Shown here: positions 34,539-46,289 of the stretch, piece by piece
Numbering within the stretch: the first letter of the stretch is position 1
How the letters are laid out: the number at the start of each line of letters is the position of its first letter
NCBI GenBank assembly: GCA_010093605.1
Contig: MU004198.1
Coordinates: forward strand, 312,726 to 376,725
Source: Lophium mytilinum
Taxonomy: Eukaryota
DNA: 64,000 bases
Direction of reading: 5' to 3'
Position numbers and translations under genes: made by a program
The notes under the pieces: model-generated
The model's database searches: none
Seen by the model: the letters and a program-made list of their open reading frames with translations, nothing else
What the model was told of the DNA's origin: nothing

Positions 34539-37500
34539 TCAAAACGACCGGAAATGATGAGAGTCAGCCGAGGAGCGGCTCGTGGTTTGGTCCCGCAGAC
34601 GTGTTTCGAATGAAACATCCTTTCTGAAATTTATCCTTCTAATTCTCGCTTGCTTCTGGATGTTCGTCGGAGAAATTACGCTTGCATCCTGCACTGCCCG
34701 CATTGACAACTTGCCCTGAGTTATTATATTCCGTCGAACTTCAGTCAAGTTGAGTGTGTCATCCTGTACTTCCCGCATTGACAACTTGCCCTGAATTATT
34801 AGATTCCGTCGAGCTTCGGCTATATGATTCCCTCGAACTTCAGTCAAGTTGAATGTGTCCCGCCGTTTTGGTCCAGAATGTTGTATCCTTGCTTTCGTTG
34901 TTGTAGCTGTAGAACCGAGTTTCGTAGGCGAACGAGAAGGCTCCATAAGCGTCGTCGCCAGGTCCTGCACTGGCCGCATTGACAACTTGCCCTGAATTAT
35001 TTGATTCCGTCGAACTTCAATCAAGTTGAATGTGTCCCGCCGTTTTGGTCTAGGCCGTTGTATCCTTGCTTTCGTTGTTGTCGCCGTAGGATCGGGTTTC
35101 GTGGGCGAACGAGAAGGCTTCATAAGCGTCGTCGCCAGGGACAGCAAACTGCTAGGCTGTGAGTTTTTCGATGGAGAAGAGATGATCACATTTGGTCTCA
35201 TTGAATTATTTTCCTCTAGATGATCGAATGGCGTTGCGTGCTTGCTGGGGACCGTCTTTCCGGACACTGAGTCATCTGATTGTTGACTGTCAATCTCTTG
35301 CGAGACAGCCGGATTCTCGTCGACAAGCTTCATAAGCGCAAGATTCTTCTCCATAACCGTCAAAAGCTTCTCTTTGAGCTTGATGTTAGTTTCCCTGAGA
35401 GCACTGTTCTCTTGCTTGAGACTGCTCTCTTGCTGCTCAGAGCTACGGATACTTCCAGCAAACGTAAGCCCACCGCTGGCCTGGTCGTGATCTTCCCTCG
35501 GACTCCATACTGCGCTATGGGGATCATTCTCCATAGATGCATCTGACTGAAAGTCCATGGCCTGACGCAGGAACTGAACAGCTTCCCCTGCTGCTGCACG
35601 CGATGCTCGATCTTTGGACGCATACAGCTTCTCACCTCCAAACACATGTCCAGGGCGCTGCGAAATCCGAACTTCACAGGAGAACTCCGTGCCATGCATT
35701 CTGAACGAGAACTGAGGCTGACCAGACTTGGCGTAGTAACACACTAAACGTAGAGCGTCCGCATGGGTTGCCATGTTAGACACAAGCTCAGAGCCGGTAG
35801 GAGCAATAGAGTTCGGGGAGGAGGCAGAAGGCAAGCCAACATCTTTCTGGGTGGACTCATTCTTCTCCGCTGTTGTATCCCATACTCCAAAATGTCCCGT
35901 CTCATGCAGATACTTGACAGCCTCCCATGCCGCTAAATCCCGGGCTTCAGTTTGTATCTTTCCCTTCCCTCGAAACACGTGCTCGGGCCGTTGCGGGATT
36001 CTCAATTCACATGAAATTCCCGCGGGCTGATCCTCAAATGAAACTTTTGGCGATGTTTGAGATTTAGTATGAGTGCTGAATAAGTGAATGAACTCGAAGC
36101 TATTTTTCTCTTTACTAATAGAGTGTTTAAGTGGTGCCACAACTGAATTTATAAAGGTCTTCGTGCTGTTGGAGGTAGACTCTAGCGTTGTCGAGTTGGA
36201 TATATTCTCCATTTCTACGCCCGGCATTCTTATCATTCGTTTTTCGCGCAAGAACTGGATAGCTTCCATTGCGGCAGCTGTGTTCGCACTACGTTTAGTG
36301 GGAAATAGGTTTCTTCGGCCTCCGAAACCAGCCTCGGACAGTCGCGGAACTAGCAATTCGCAGGAAGACCCGGTGCTATGGTCGTTGTATGTGTGAAACG
36401 ACGGCTTGCCGGAATCTGTAATCAAACAGAACTTGTGAAGAAAGCCGATGGCAGATTTTTGCTCGGAGAACACGCTTGGGTCTTCATCACTCACTTCGTT
36501 CCACGCAAAGAGTCGAGCTTCATATAGTGAGTGGATAATCTCTAAGTGTGCAGCTTTGTGGGCTTCGCGTGCCGAAGGAAATGGCCTGTCGTGTCCTCCG
36601 AAAATGCGCATAGGCCATGGCGGGACTCGAATTTCACAAGAGAATCCGGCGTCGTGCTGCTCGATCAGCTTTGAAAAGGATGAGTCGCACCTCATGTGTA
36701 GACAAAATTCAGAAAGAAACAGGAGCAATTCTCCTCTGTTGTTGATGTTACTTTTCATGGAATTCGTTTGACTAACAGACGTCTGCTTTCCCATGAACCT
36801 AGTCCAGGCTTTGAACAACGCGTTGTTCTGCAAGTATTGGATCGCTTCCAACGCCGCAGCAGACTTCGCCCGCTCTTGCGAATCATACAGCGTGTCCCTG
36901 CCTCCAAACACTTGTCCTGGCTGGTCGTATGGCGGTTCGATTGTAAGATTGCAATAATAGTCGGGGCCGTTGGTCCCAAAGACGTAATTCTGGGGGCCAT
37001 ATCCAATCACCCGGCATAACCTTTGGAGGTAAGAGATGGCAGTCTGCTCTTTGAGAGCGTTGGAGCCCCAAGGCGCGGCGGCGGTCGAAATCTCAGTGTT
37101 AGGATCGCTTACCGTGGTCGTGGCATTCGTGGCAATCTCAGTCGTACCAGTCTCCTTTATAGTACTGGGAAATCCGAAATCTTTCTGAATAGAGCTGTAC
37201 GTGATTTCTCTTGTCTTCTGCTGCGGATCCAAGGAGTCCAATGCGATAGCGCAAACTGCCTCTCGTGCCTCATCAGCGGTCCCAAATCGGTCTCCGCTTG
37301 CAAAGATTCTTGCTTCCCCAGTCAACTCTAGCTGGACACGCAATCTTGCCCCGATATTAGCCGAGAGACCGGTGCATTTGAATATTACATTTGATGGTAA
37401 GTGAGACAAACGCCATAGGCCAAAGCGTTCACGGTATCGGTGCCTCGCCCACGGCGCATAGGTTAGCAGCCCTTCCTTTTCCAGCCCTTCCAGCATCTGC

Positions 37501-39399
37501 AATGCAGCAAGTTCGGCGTTAAGTGATGTGGGGGCTTTAACCTCCAGGGGCAGCGCAGTCCTGATCACTCTTTTTCCGGATGAGACCTCTATCCCTAGCT
37601 TTGCAACCCAGCGACTAGGAAAATCTGGATTGTCCTGCTCAAGGGAGATATCCGGTTTGGATAGACCGAAAGCCTTCCATCGCGTGTCTAAGAGCGCGCG
37701 AATATAACGGTACCTGAGGAGGTTCTTTGGGTCCTTGGAGGCAGGGTTCAACTCCTCTAGCACGTTCAATGCAGCTTTCCAGAGTGCAACATTCGCCTGC
37801 GCGTGGGTTTCATAGGCGGCCTTTGTTTCTACAGCTCTCTCCCCGTGTGAAGGATGGCTTAGCTTTAGATTCGCCGTCCACTGCCCGGAAATTGTCTTGT
37901 TATGATGGACGGCTGTCTTGGCCATGTCATTGAATTGGCAGAGAAGATGGAATCGGCGTTTTGCTTCCAAGTTTTCTATTCTCTTCAATGCAGCTTGCCA
38001 AAGCGCCAACCTCGCTTGAGCCATGACTTCAAAAGAGCCTCTGACCTTAATGTTGATCCGACCAGAGTAATCAAGGTCGAATTCCGCCCCGCACAGTCGG
38101 CCACTGTTCCGTTTGAATATGATAGCAGGGCTAGGTATCAACAAAGACTGACACCGCGCGTGGAACAAGTGTTTTGTTGAGAGATATCGTTGAGTAAATT
38201 CAAGGCGGTTGCTACTCTGGTTCGAGGCGGTATCATCTTTGCATTGGCTAGTTTTGAGGTTTCGTAACAGCTTACCGTACCTTCCCTCCTCCTCTAGATC
38301 GTCCTTCTTTTGTACTTTCTTCGTATCGGACCTCTGTTTTAGTGCTGTCGAAGTCCATGCCCACGGATCATGAGCGTGGGAGATTCTTTCTTTAGAGCGG
38401 ATGAGTGGCTTCTTGGGCCGCGCGTTCTTGGTCGTTGTGTTAATCTCTCCGGTGGAAGTCATGCGCTTACTGCGAGATTGTGGGATACTACGGACGAAAT
38501 CTATAGCCTTGCCAAGATAAAGACGAGTGGCACTCCCGTAACCCTGTATTTCCAGCGACTTGCCGTGGAAAAAAGCGTAAAGAAACTCCGGAAGGACAGG
38601 CAGTTGACCGAGCATACCCAGCGTTGCCCAGGGGTTGCTGTTGCGGGACAACTCCTGTGCCGCACGATGCTGGTGCTCGGAAATGAACTGCGTGGTCTCT
38701 GGTCTCCACATACTTGGCCCAAGTACTAGACCCGGATTAAATCTTTCCACTACAGCTGTAGCTATGTTTGCTCGTTCCAGGATGCTCCTTTCGTAGGACG
38801 AAGAGGGCACTGGTCGGGGTTCAAGCTTTCCATCAATGAATGTGCCTTTGAAAGGGTCGACGTCGTGAAATGGTCGTAAAATCGTGGCTCGAAGACGATG
38901 TTGAGGAATAGACCACGTGCCTTTTAAAACTTCAAAACTCGAGAAGCCTTTGGCAATGTCATCTCCGTGACAATAGACGTGGAACTTATTCCGGTTTAAG
39001 TCGAGATTGCTGGTGAGAGTGATGTGAACCGGCCGCAGTAGTCCAGCTGGCGTCGGTCTCGATTGATGGAGAGGCATGCTGGGAAAAAATGAGCGGAGCA
39101 ATTACCACCGGATAGGTATAGACGTACAGGACGTAAAGAATGTGAGCCATCTGCCTCTCTTGAAGGGCCTTGAAGTTAGGTGCAAACACTTCCCGCAGGC
39201 GGCGGTTGAATGCTTCCATAACGCGGAGTTCACCCACTAAATCGTTGGGGCATCTTTTATGTACGACTGCAGTGCCATCCTGCAAGAACGACATACAAGA
39301 TGATAGAGGCGGCGAAGAATAAAAATTTCCGAGATTGACGAAATTGTGATTTCCACCGCGTGTGTCAATCGTCCGCAGACGACATGTAGCACGAAACAT
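34539..39399 (-). CDS. ~1603-aa protein with about nine tandem dsRNA-binding-domain (dsRBD)-like modules, a coiled coil and C-terminal repeats
   Basis: Exon 1 39128..39399 (MFRATCRL...) and intron 39079..39127 (gtacgt...cag) join the long ORF in frame (4812 nt). Modules of ~70 aa follow the pattern L..LC...P.(Y/F)...(F/Y).C.(L/V).I...FGG...A...AA.EA..(Y/F)L. Confidence 0.8.
34690..35140 (-). repeat. Intragenic 177-bp (59-aa) duplication plus partial copies
   Basis: LATTLMxPSRSPTK...TATTTKARIQ...PKRRDTFNLxEVR occurs twice; RRNxIxQGKLSMRxVQD occurs three times. Confidence 0.9.
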
Positions 39400-40189
39400 C
39401 TTGATAGTATGTTGACTTTGACTGCCCAACTCTTCCTATCACTGTGGACAAGTACAGGGACAGTGTCCTACGAAGATTCTTGCCATCCGTCGCGACGAGT
39501 ACCACGTCTGCGAATCAGGTTCTTGTATAGGATGTCGACAAATGCGCATGGTTCAGTCGTGTAGGCATCGCGCGGACACGTCGAGGGAATGTAAAGGACA
39601 GACGTGAGGGTTGGTTGGCTCTCGCGATATGTGAATTGTAAACCACGTTGGTAATCGAGTTACTGATCGAGACAGGAATCGGGATTGGTGTATGGGTCGT
39701 GGTTGAGTCTGAAATCAAGTATTACTCAAACTTCATGGTCGAACGATACTTGCACTATGGGACATAATACACATTCGTAGTTCCTGGGACACAATCAGCA
39801 TCCTACTGCAGCAACAAAGAGCTCTACTGGTGCAAACACGTACCTAAATGCTGCGCTGGCGAATGTTGAGACTGCGGGACCTTGCATTGGCGAAAAGTTT
39901 GGTGTTTCCGTTGACGTTCGGGAGAGCTCAGGGAAAATACAATACCGGGCGCTAGCAATAGCGCGGTATTATAACATTTTGTATTCGTTCGAAGCTCCCA
40001 CCACCTCTCTCCCTTCTCTCACATTCTACTTGCAAGAGTAAATTCATACCTCACATACAGCTCTACAAACTCCAATACAGCAATCCAAGTCTCCGCCTCG
40101 AGCTCTCCACCTCAGCTAACCCCAATTGACCCGACAAACTATGCTCCGCCATCTCCGCCACCACCCCCGATAACCCCACCACGCGGACC

Positions 40190-41260
40190 ATGTCCTTCAC
40201 GAACCCCTTCCTCCCCTCCACCTCCCGCCCCGGCCACGGCACCGTCCACCTCGCCCTCCTCCCCCCGAACACCCCCGTCCTCCAAACCGTCACATACCAA
40301 TACCCCCTCAAGCTCATCGCCCCGGAGCCCCTCCACCTCCCCGCCCACCCCTCCCACCCCACCACCCCCGGCCCCCTCATCCACACCCTCTTCCTCCTAA
40401 CCTACGGCGGCGGCCTCGTCGCCGGGGACACCATCTCCCTCACCCTCACCCTCGCGCCTACCACCCGCCTCGTCCTGCTCACCCAAGGCGCCACCAAAAT
40501 CTTCAAAACGCCCTCTCCTGCTCTCGTCTCCCGCCAACTCACCCACACCACCCTCGCCCCCGCCTCCGCCCTCTGCTACCTCCCCGACCCCGTCCAACCC
40601 TTCGCCGACGCCGCCGTCTCCCTCTCCGCTATCTACGACCTCGAATCCCCCGGCGGCGACACCCCCGCGGCGAGTTTGTGCGTGCTGGACTGGGTGTCTG
40701 AGGGTAGGAGGGCAAGGGGCGAGCGCTGGAGCTTCCACGCGTACCGTAGCCGGAATGAGGTGTGGGCGGTCGACGTGCGGACGGGGCGGCGGCGGTTGTT
40801 GTTGCGCGATAATCAGGTGCTGGATCGGTGGGCGACAGGGACGCTGTCGGGGCGAGCTGCCACCCACCCTGCTACCACCCACTCTGAGGAGTTGGCGGGG
40901 CGGATGGATGGGCTGGGGGTATTTGGGACGCTAATACTGCGCGGGCCGGTGTTTGAGGGACTGGGGGAGGCGTTTATGCGGGAGTTTGAGGCGTTGCCGC
41001 GGATTGGGGGGCGGAAGTGGGAGGATGATGCGCCTAGTCCTACGAAACTGAGTGCATTAGAGGCGCAGCGGGCGGCGCGGCGGAAGCAGGAAGCGGGGGA
41101 TGGGGTGGTGTGGAGTGCGGCGAGGGTGAGGGGGTTTGTGCTTGTGAAGTTTGGGGCGCGGGAGGTGGAGGGGGCGAGGCGGTGGGTGAGGGGGATGATT
41201 GGGAGTGAGGGGAGTGTGGCGAGGGAGTTTGGGGAGGGGGCGTTGTTATGTTTGAAGTAA
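40190..41260 (+). CDS. ureD: Urease accessory protein UreD
   Basis: YQYPLKLI, FLLTYGGGLVAGD, TQGATKIFK, LPDPVQPF, DWVSEGRRARGERW, LLLRD. Confidence 0.95.
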   Translation: MSFTNPFLPSTSRPGHGTVHLALLPPNTPVLQTVTYQYPLKLIAPEPLHLPAHPSHPTTPGPLIHTLFLLTYGGGLVAGDTISLTLTLAPTTRLVLLTQGATKIFKTPSPALVSRQLTHTTLAPASALCYLPDPVQPFADAAVSLSAIYDLESPGGDTPAASLCVLDWVSEGRRARGERWSFHAYRSRNEVWAVDVRTGRRRLLLRDNQVLDRWATGTLSGRAATHPATTHSEELAGRMDGLGVFGTLILRGPVFEGLGEAFMREFEALPRIGGRKWEDDAPSPTKLSALEAQRAARRKQEAGDGVVWSAARVRGFVLVKFGAREVEGARRWVRGMIGSEGSVAREFGEGALLCLK

Positions 41261-41545
41261 TACGGATGATATCCCTGAGTCTCTGGTCTAGCCGGGAACA
41301 GTTGGGATGAGGTGGCGGAGAAGGTGTAATGTAAGTGCTACATTCGGGTATCTTTTGGCCCAGTGCTATAGGAAGTATATAGGAAAACATGACGTAACAC
41401 CGTCCAATGCATCCAATCCCCTACCCTCTTCTCTCGTCGTGTATACCCACCTCTACACTCATCCACATATCATCGTTTCCAATCGTTATGCACGCAAAAG
41501 CCCGGTACCCCAGACATCAAAACCCCCTTTTTTTCCGAATCCAAC

Positions 41546-43156
41546 CTACAACCACCCCCAATGCTTCCGCCTCCCCCAATTCCCCCTGCTCGCCCCCTCC
41601 AAATCATCCACACTCAGCATCCCCGCGCCCTCTCTTACAAGCACCCGCCACACGTGGTTCCGCACCCCAATTGGCCAGCTCGGCGTGCCCCAGAACCGCG
41701 CCACCAACCCCCTACGCCGCGCGCCCGCCACCATGCCGCGGATCAACTCGATCTGCCGGTGTGACAGCCGGTTCCCCCACACGAAGCCGATCGCGGCGCG
41801 GAAGTTCGCGGAGGCGTAGTACGAGTTCGTCGCGTCGAAGGAGGAGCCGGGGACGATACCAGTCTCGCCTTGGCCGCTGTTGCGGCGCTGGGGGGTGGCG
41901 AAGGCGGCGGGAGGGATGGCTTCGGTGTGGTCGTGGGAGTGCTCGTGCGGGGGGTGGGAATGGTAGGGCCGGTCGCTGGGGACGGGCTCTTCGTACATTG
42001 CAGCGAGGGGCGCGTCGAAGAAGATGTCGCGGTAGGTGGTGTTCGAGGTTAGGAGGTCGAAGGGCGCGTTGCCGGTTGCGACGACCGTGATGGGGCCTGG
42101 GTAGAAGGTTGAGCCGTCGGTCCAGGAGAGGTAGTTCTTGGAGCGCAGGGCGGAGAGTTGGGAATAGACGACAGGCCAGAGGGCGTCGCCGGCGTTTTTG
42201 AAGTCGATGAGGAGGACGAGGGTTTGGGTGGGATCTTCGTCGAAGACGCCGTTCAGAGTTGAGTTTGAGAGCGTGAGGTCGGTGGATGTGAAGGCGGTGG
42301 GAGGGTTGGCCTGGTCGAGGATCTGGACTAAGGGGTCGACATAGAGGCTGCGTAATGTGCGGTTAAGGGTTAAGCTGGCGGTGTTGTGGCCGACGAAGAG
42401 GTCATCGTCGAATAGCCAAACGTCCGCTTCGACGCCTGTGCAACCATAGTGCAGAGCGAGGTAAAGAGGGATGCGCCGCCAGTAGTCGTTGTGGCTATGG
42501 CAGGGGATCGGCTGGACGTCACGTGTGAAGTCGGTCGGGTAGGAGGACAGGCCCTCGCCGGGGGCGTTGGGCTTTCCCCAGTTGGGGAGGAAGATGTCGG
42601 TATCGACAGCGTTGTCCCATATCATGGGGACGAGAGACATGATGACGTTTGCCACGTGGACCATGCCGCTGGGGAGTGTTAGTGTAATTCGTTGAATGAA
42701 GTGTACGGAAACTTGACGAGAAGCCCATGTTGAAGTCTTAGATGATTGGCAGACATAAGAACAAGTTACGTAGCAAGTTGAGGTCAAGATAGAGTTGTTC
42801 AAGGTGGGCCGGATGTCCCGGATGAGGCTGCCAAAAAGCTTAACTTACAAAAACACTAGGGCTAAGATCGGAATCGCGATGCAGCCCCAGCACGACCTCC
42901 TCCTCCACTTAGCCCTGCTCGAACGTCTTACAACCTTGTCATGTAAGGTCGGGGAAGTGGCTTTCCTGCGGCGGCCACGCAGCGTCATGAGGAGCCGCCT
43001 CCAGAGCGAGATAGCACTGTCTTTTGCGTCCAAGATGTCGTTGCCATTCTCCAGTGCTCGCAGCGAGATGATGGGAGCGTCCTTGAGCGGTGTGTTGAAG
43101 TCCTCGAAGTCCCGTGTTATGGAGTTTTCGTTCCCCGGATATCGGGATGGCGCCAT
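41546..43156 (-). CDS. AIM6: AIM6-like PLC-like phosphodiesterase-fold membrane protein
   Basis: PIPCHSHNDYWRRIPL, GCTGVEADVW, LFVGH, LYVDPL, LVLLIDFK, ITVVATGNAP, ARFWGTP. Intron 42669..42848 follows a TM-containing exon 1. Confidence 0.9.
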
Positions 43157-44896
43157 CTCAGGGACCAGCCAATGGGGCGACCGGAGCTTAGCCAGCAAAC
43201 CCGGCGCGGATCGTGATTTGGTGGGCTCTAATTGACTGAAAGCCGCGCCAGGGTCTCAGCGGGGTTGTCGAGAGCTTAAATCGAGCCGCCGGTAACTTGA
43301 CTGACCCGAGGTGAAGTCCTTTGGTAGCGGTGAAGATGGAGAGGAGCGGATGGACAGCTGGGCGCAATTGAAGGGCGCTGAGGGCTAAATGTATGTCCAC
43401 TGGGGCTGAGAGGAGCCAATTCCGTCCAGGCAGGGGATGCGCTCAATAAATGGATGGAAGATGGCTCGGCCCAGGTGGCGGCACAGTGTTCCCAGCACTT
43501 TATTCCGGGTTACGAAGGGGCCAGTTGTTGGAGTTACACGATGGCTGTGCCTCAGCGGTCGAGCACTGGGTAGGCTCGTTCGACGCGCCGTGTTTCAGCG
43601 GAATGCGAAGCTGCGTATTCCAGAAACAGTAAATGATGCAGGTAAGGGGCGAAGACGGAGGAACGAGCGACGACGAGGCGGTGCAGCAATATTTATCAGA
43701 GCGACCAGAAGGACGGGGAACTCAGAGCTGCGGCTTGGGGCTTGAGCACGACATATATCGGCAGCAGCGTGTCAAAGGCCTCAGTCCCCATCGGCTGGGA
43801 TCCCGAGTAGCGGGCGTCGATTTCCAGAAGTTGTGGCGCGTTGGCCGTTCCCGCCGTCTCGTTGGTGCAGAAAAGTGGCTCGCCGAAAGAGGCTGGCCAC
43901 CACTTTTCGCCGATGGTCTGGCCAAGGACGTCTTCAACACCACCGCTACTGCAAGCGTCCAAGAACACCACGCCCCAGCCAGATCCATCTGGTTTGCCCA
44001 TTGTGTGCATTGCTTTGCCTAGTGTTGCCTCTATTGAATGCACGTCTACCTTCTTTCAACCCAGATCGTCGGGTATCGGCCTCGTGATGGTGTTGAGGTC
44101 GAAGGTTGCAGCATCGTCGAGGGTTCGGAGCGGCGTGCTTCACAAGCGGCCTGCGATACGTCGGAAAGCTGTCCCGCCAGCTGTTTTCCAGGCTTTCGAT
44201 ATCTCTACCAAGCCTTGGAACAACACCATGTAGAAACGCTAATGTAGTTCAAGAAGCTGCTCCATGATTCCCACCAGGGATTCTCAGTGAATGGCCTCCG
44301 TCACCCTTCCGTCACCAGACCAACTCCAATCCTTTCCGGATGATTTCCAGGTACCTACTCGTATTACGTCGTAAGCCTCGCACGTCTCTCCTCAGCGAAA
44401 AGTGCAAAGCAGCACGGCGAAGACGATGGCTCTGATGCCCACTGCCCCGTTCCAGCCGCAGATGTCGTAATCCCACCCCCATCTTTGCAATCCAATCCAG
44501 CGTCGTGAAGCGCCTCGGAAATATGTCCGTGCCCAGCGAGTCTACAGCACCTGCAGACTTCCAAAGGCCTGGATGACCGACTATCAGGTAACATGCCGTT
44601 AAAGTGGACATCTCCGGCGCTATCTCCATGCACACAAACAAGCTTCTCCCGCAGCGAGTAAGGGAACACGACTGGAGCGAGCATGCCGCAGACCCTGGTG
44701 TGCTGGTGTCACAGTGTGATGACAAGCATCGAATTGTGACAGGACCCTGCCGAGCGAGCTGGGGAATCGGGCCGGCTAGCAGAACGTGCGGCTCGGCATA
44801 CCGGAATAACTCTCGCACCTATCCCGACACCACGAGTTTTTCGTAGAGCTTGGCGCAACTTTCCACGACCACACCAACTGTCGCAACATCGCAATC

Positions 44897-45850
44897 ATGC
44901 CGCACAAGCACAAGAGGAAAGATCTTGATGTCTCGACGTAAGCATCACATTATCCAGCCTTTTAATGCATATGCTGAGTATCATCTAGCTTCGACCTCCC
45001 CCCAACCTCCCGCGCCGCACCCCTCCCTACCCGCAAACCCACAGCAGACAAATCCAAGCCTCTGAAAAAGCGAAAGCAGCGCATAGAAGGCTATGGCGTC
45101 GACGACACCCCCAAGGCCTTTTCCCGGCTGATGCACTTCCAAAGCACCGGCAAAGGCGACCCCAAAGGCCTAGACGACGGCGAACGCAAGAGCAAGAAGC
45201 GTAAACTCGAGGACGGCACCTCTACCTCTTCCAAAAAGCCCGCCAAAGATGTCGTGGCGCCAATGAAGATCATGCCCGGCGAGCGCATGAGCGACTTCGC
45301 CCAGCGCGTCAATCAAGCACTCCCGGTGTCTGGACTCAGCCGCAAGGGGAAGAAGGTTGACGGCGTGAAGGAGCGACTGACGAAGCATAACAAGAAGCTC
45401 GCGAAGCTGCAGAAGGGGTGGCGGGAGGAGGAGGTGCGGATTCGCGACAAAGAGGAAGAGGCGCGGGAGCTTGCGGAGGAGGAGCAGGATGAGATTGATG
45501 CTATTTGGGAGGACAAGACTGCACCACTACCTGGCAAGAGAGGCAAGAAGAATAAGCGGCGGAAGGTGGTAGGCGAGCAGGACGACAGCGATGGGGATCC
45601 GTGGGAGGCGCTAATGGCGACGCGGGAGCAGCCGAAGGGGTTGCATGATGTGGTGCAGGCGCCGCCGGTGTTTACGACGATTCCGAGGGAGAAGTTTAAG
45701 GTGCGGAATGGGGCGAAGGCTGAGGTTGCGGATGTGCCGAATAAGGCGGGGAGTTTGCGGCGGAGAGAGGAATTGGGGGAGCAAAGGAGGGGGATTATCG
45801 AGCAGTATCGGGCGATGATGGATGGGAAGAGGGGTGTTGCTGCTGTGTAA
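44897..45850 (+). CDS. Conserved basic coiled-coil protein (CCDC137-like)
   Basis: MPHKHKRK, intron 44938..44988, then FDLPPT, DDTPKAFSRLM, KIMPGERMSDFAQRVNQALP, LHDVVQAPP, RRGIIEQYR. Confidence 0.8.
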
Positions 45851-46289
45851 AGAGCGTAGTCCTCACGAAGTCTATTTGAAATGCCTAGCTAGACATCATA
45901 TGCGCATCTCGTGAAAGAGATAGCAATCATTCCCGTTTGCTATCAACACGAGTGAAGTTTTGTCAACACCTCTAGATAACCTCATCACAATGAACGTATT
46001 TTCCATCCTCTTCACATACCAAAACTTTCAAACAAACACGAACCCCTCGCACCTCATTCACTTCCTCCTCTCATCTTCTGCCGTTGCCCACTGTCCCAAT
46101 TACCCGACCTTTACCCGCGCGCCGTCCGTGCGCCACCTCACTGCCTGCCCCACCTTCGAAAATCGCGACTCACGCCCAGCCCTGTGACACCAGAACCTGC
46201 GTTCGACTCCCACCCTCCACGCATGGCTTAGCCGCTTTTTTACCCACACCATTCGACGGAAAGCTGAAAGGGGAGGGGTGGAGATCACG

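Noticed and set aside
38200..39399. RNase III or deaminase domain ahead of the dsRBD array (Dicer/ADAR-like)
   Set aside because: No ERLEFLGD-type or HAE...PCG motif is visible; left as an unknown domain.
19500..39400. Starship or other giant mobile element explaining the island
   Set aside because: No tyrosine recombinase captain, transposase, terminal repeats or target-site duplication was recognised.
43200..44850. Many overlapping 60-170 aa ORFs between AIM6 and the CCDC137-like gene
   Set aside because: No motifs, splice pattern or codon bias; expected by chance in GC-rich UTR/promoter DNA.
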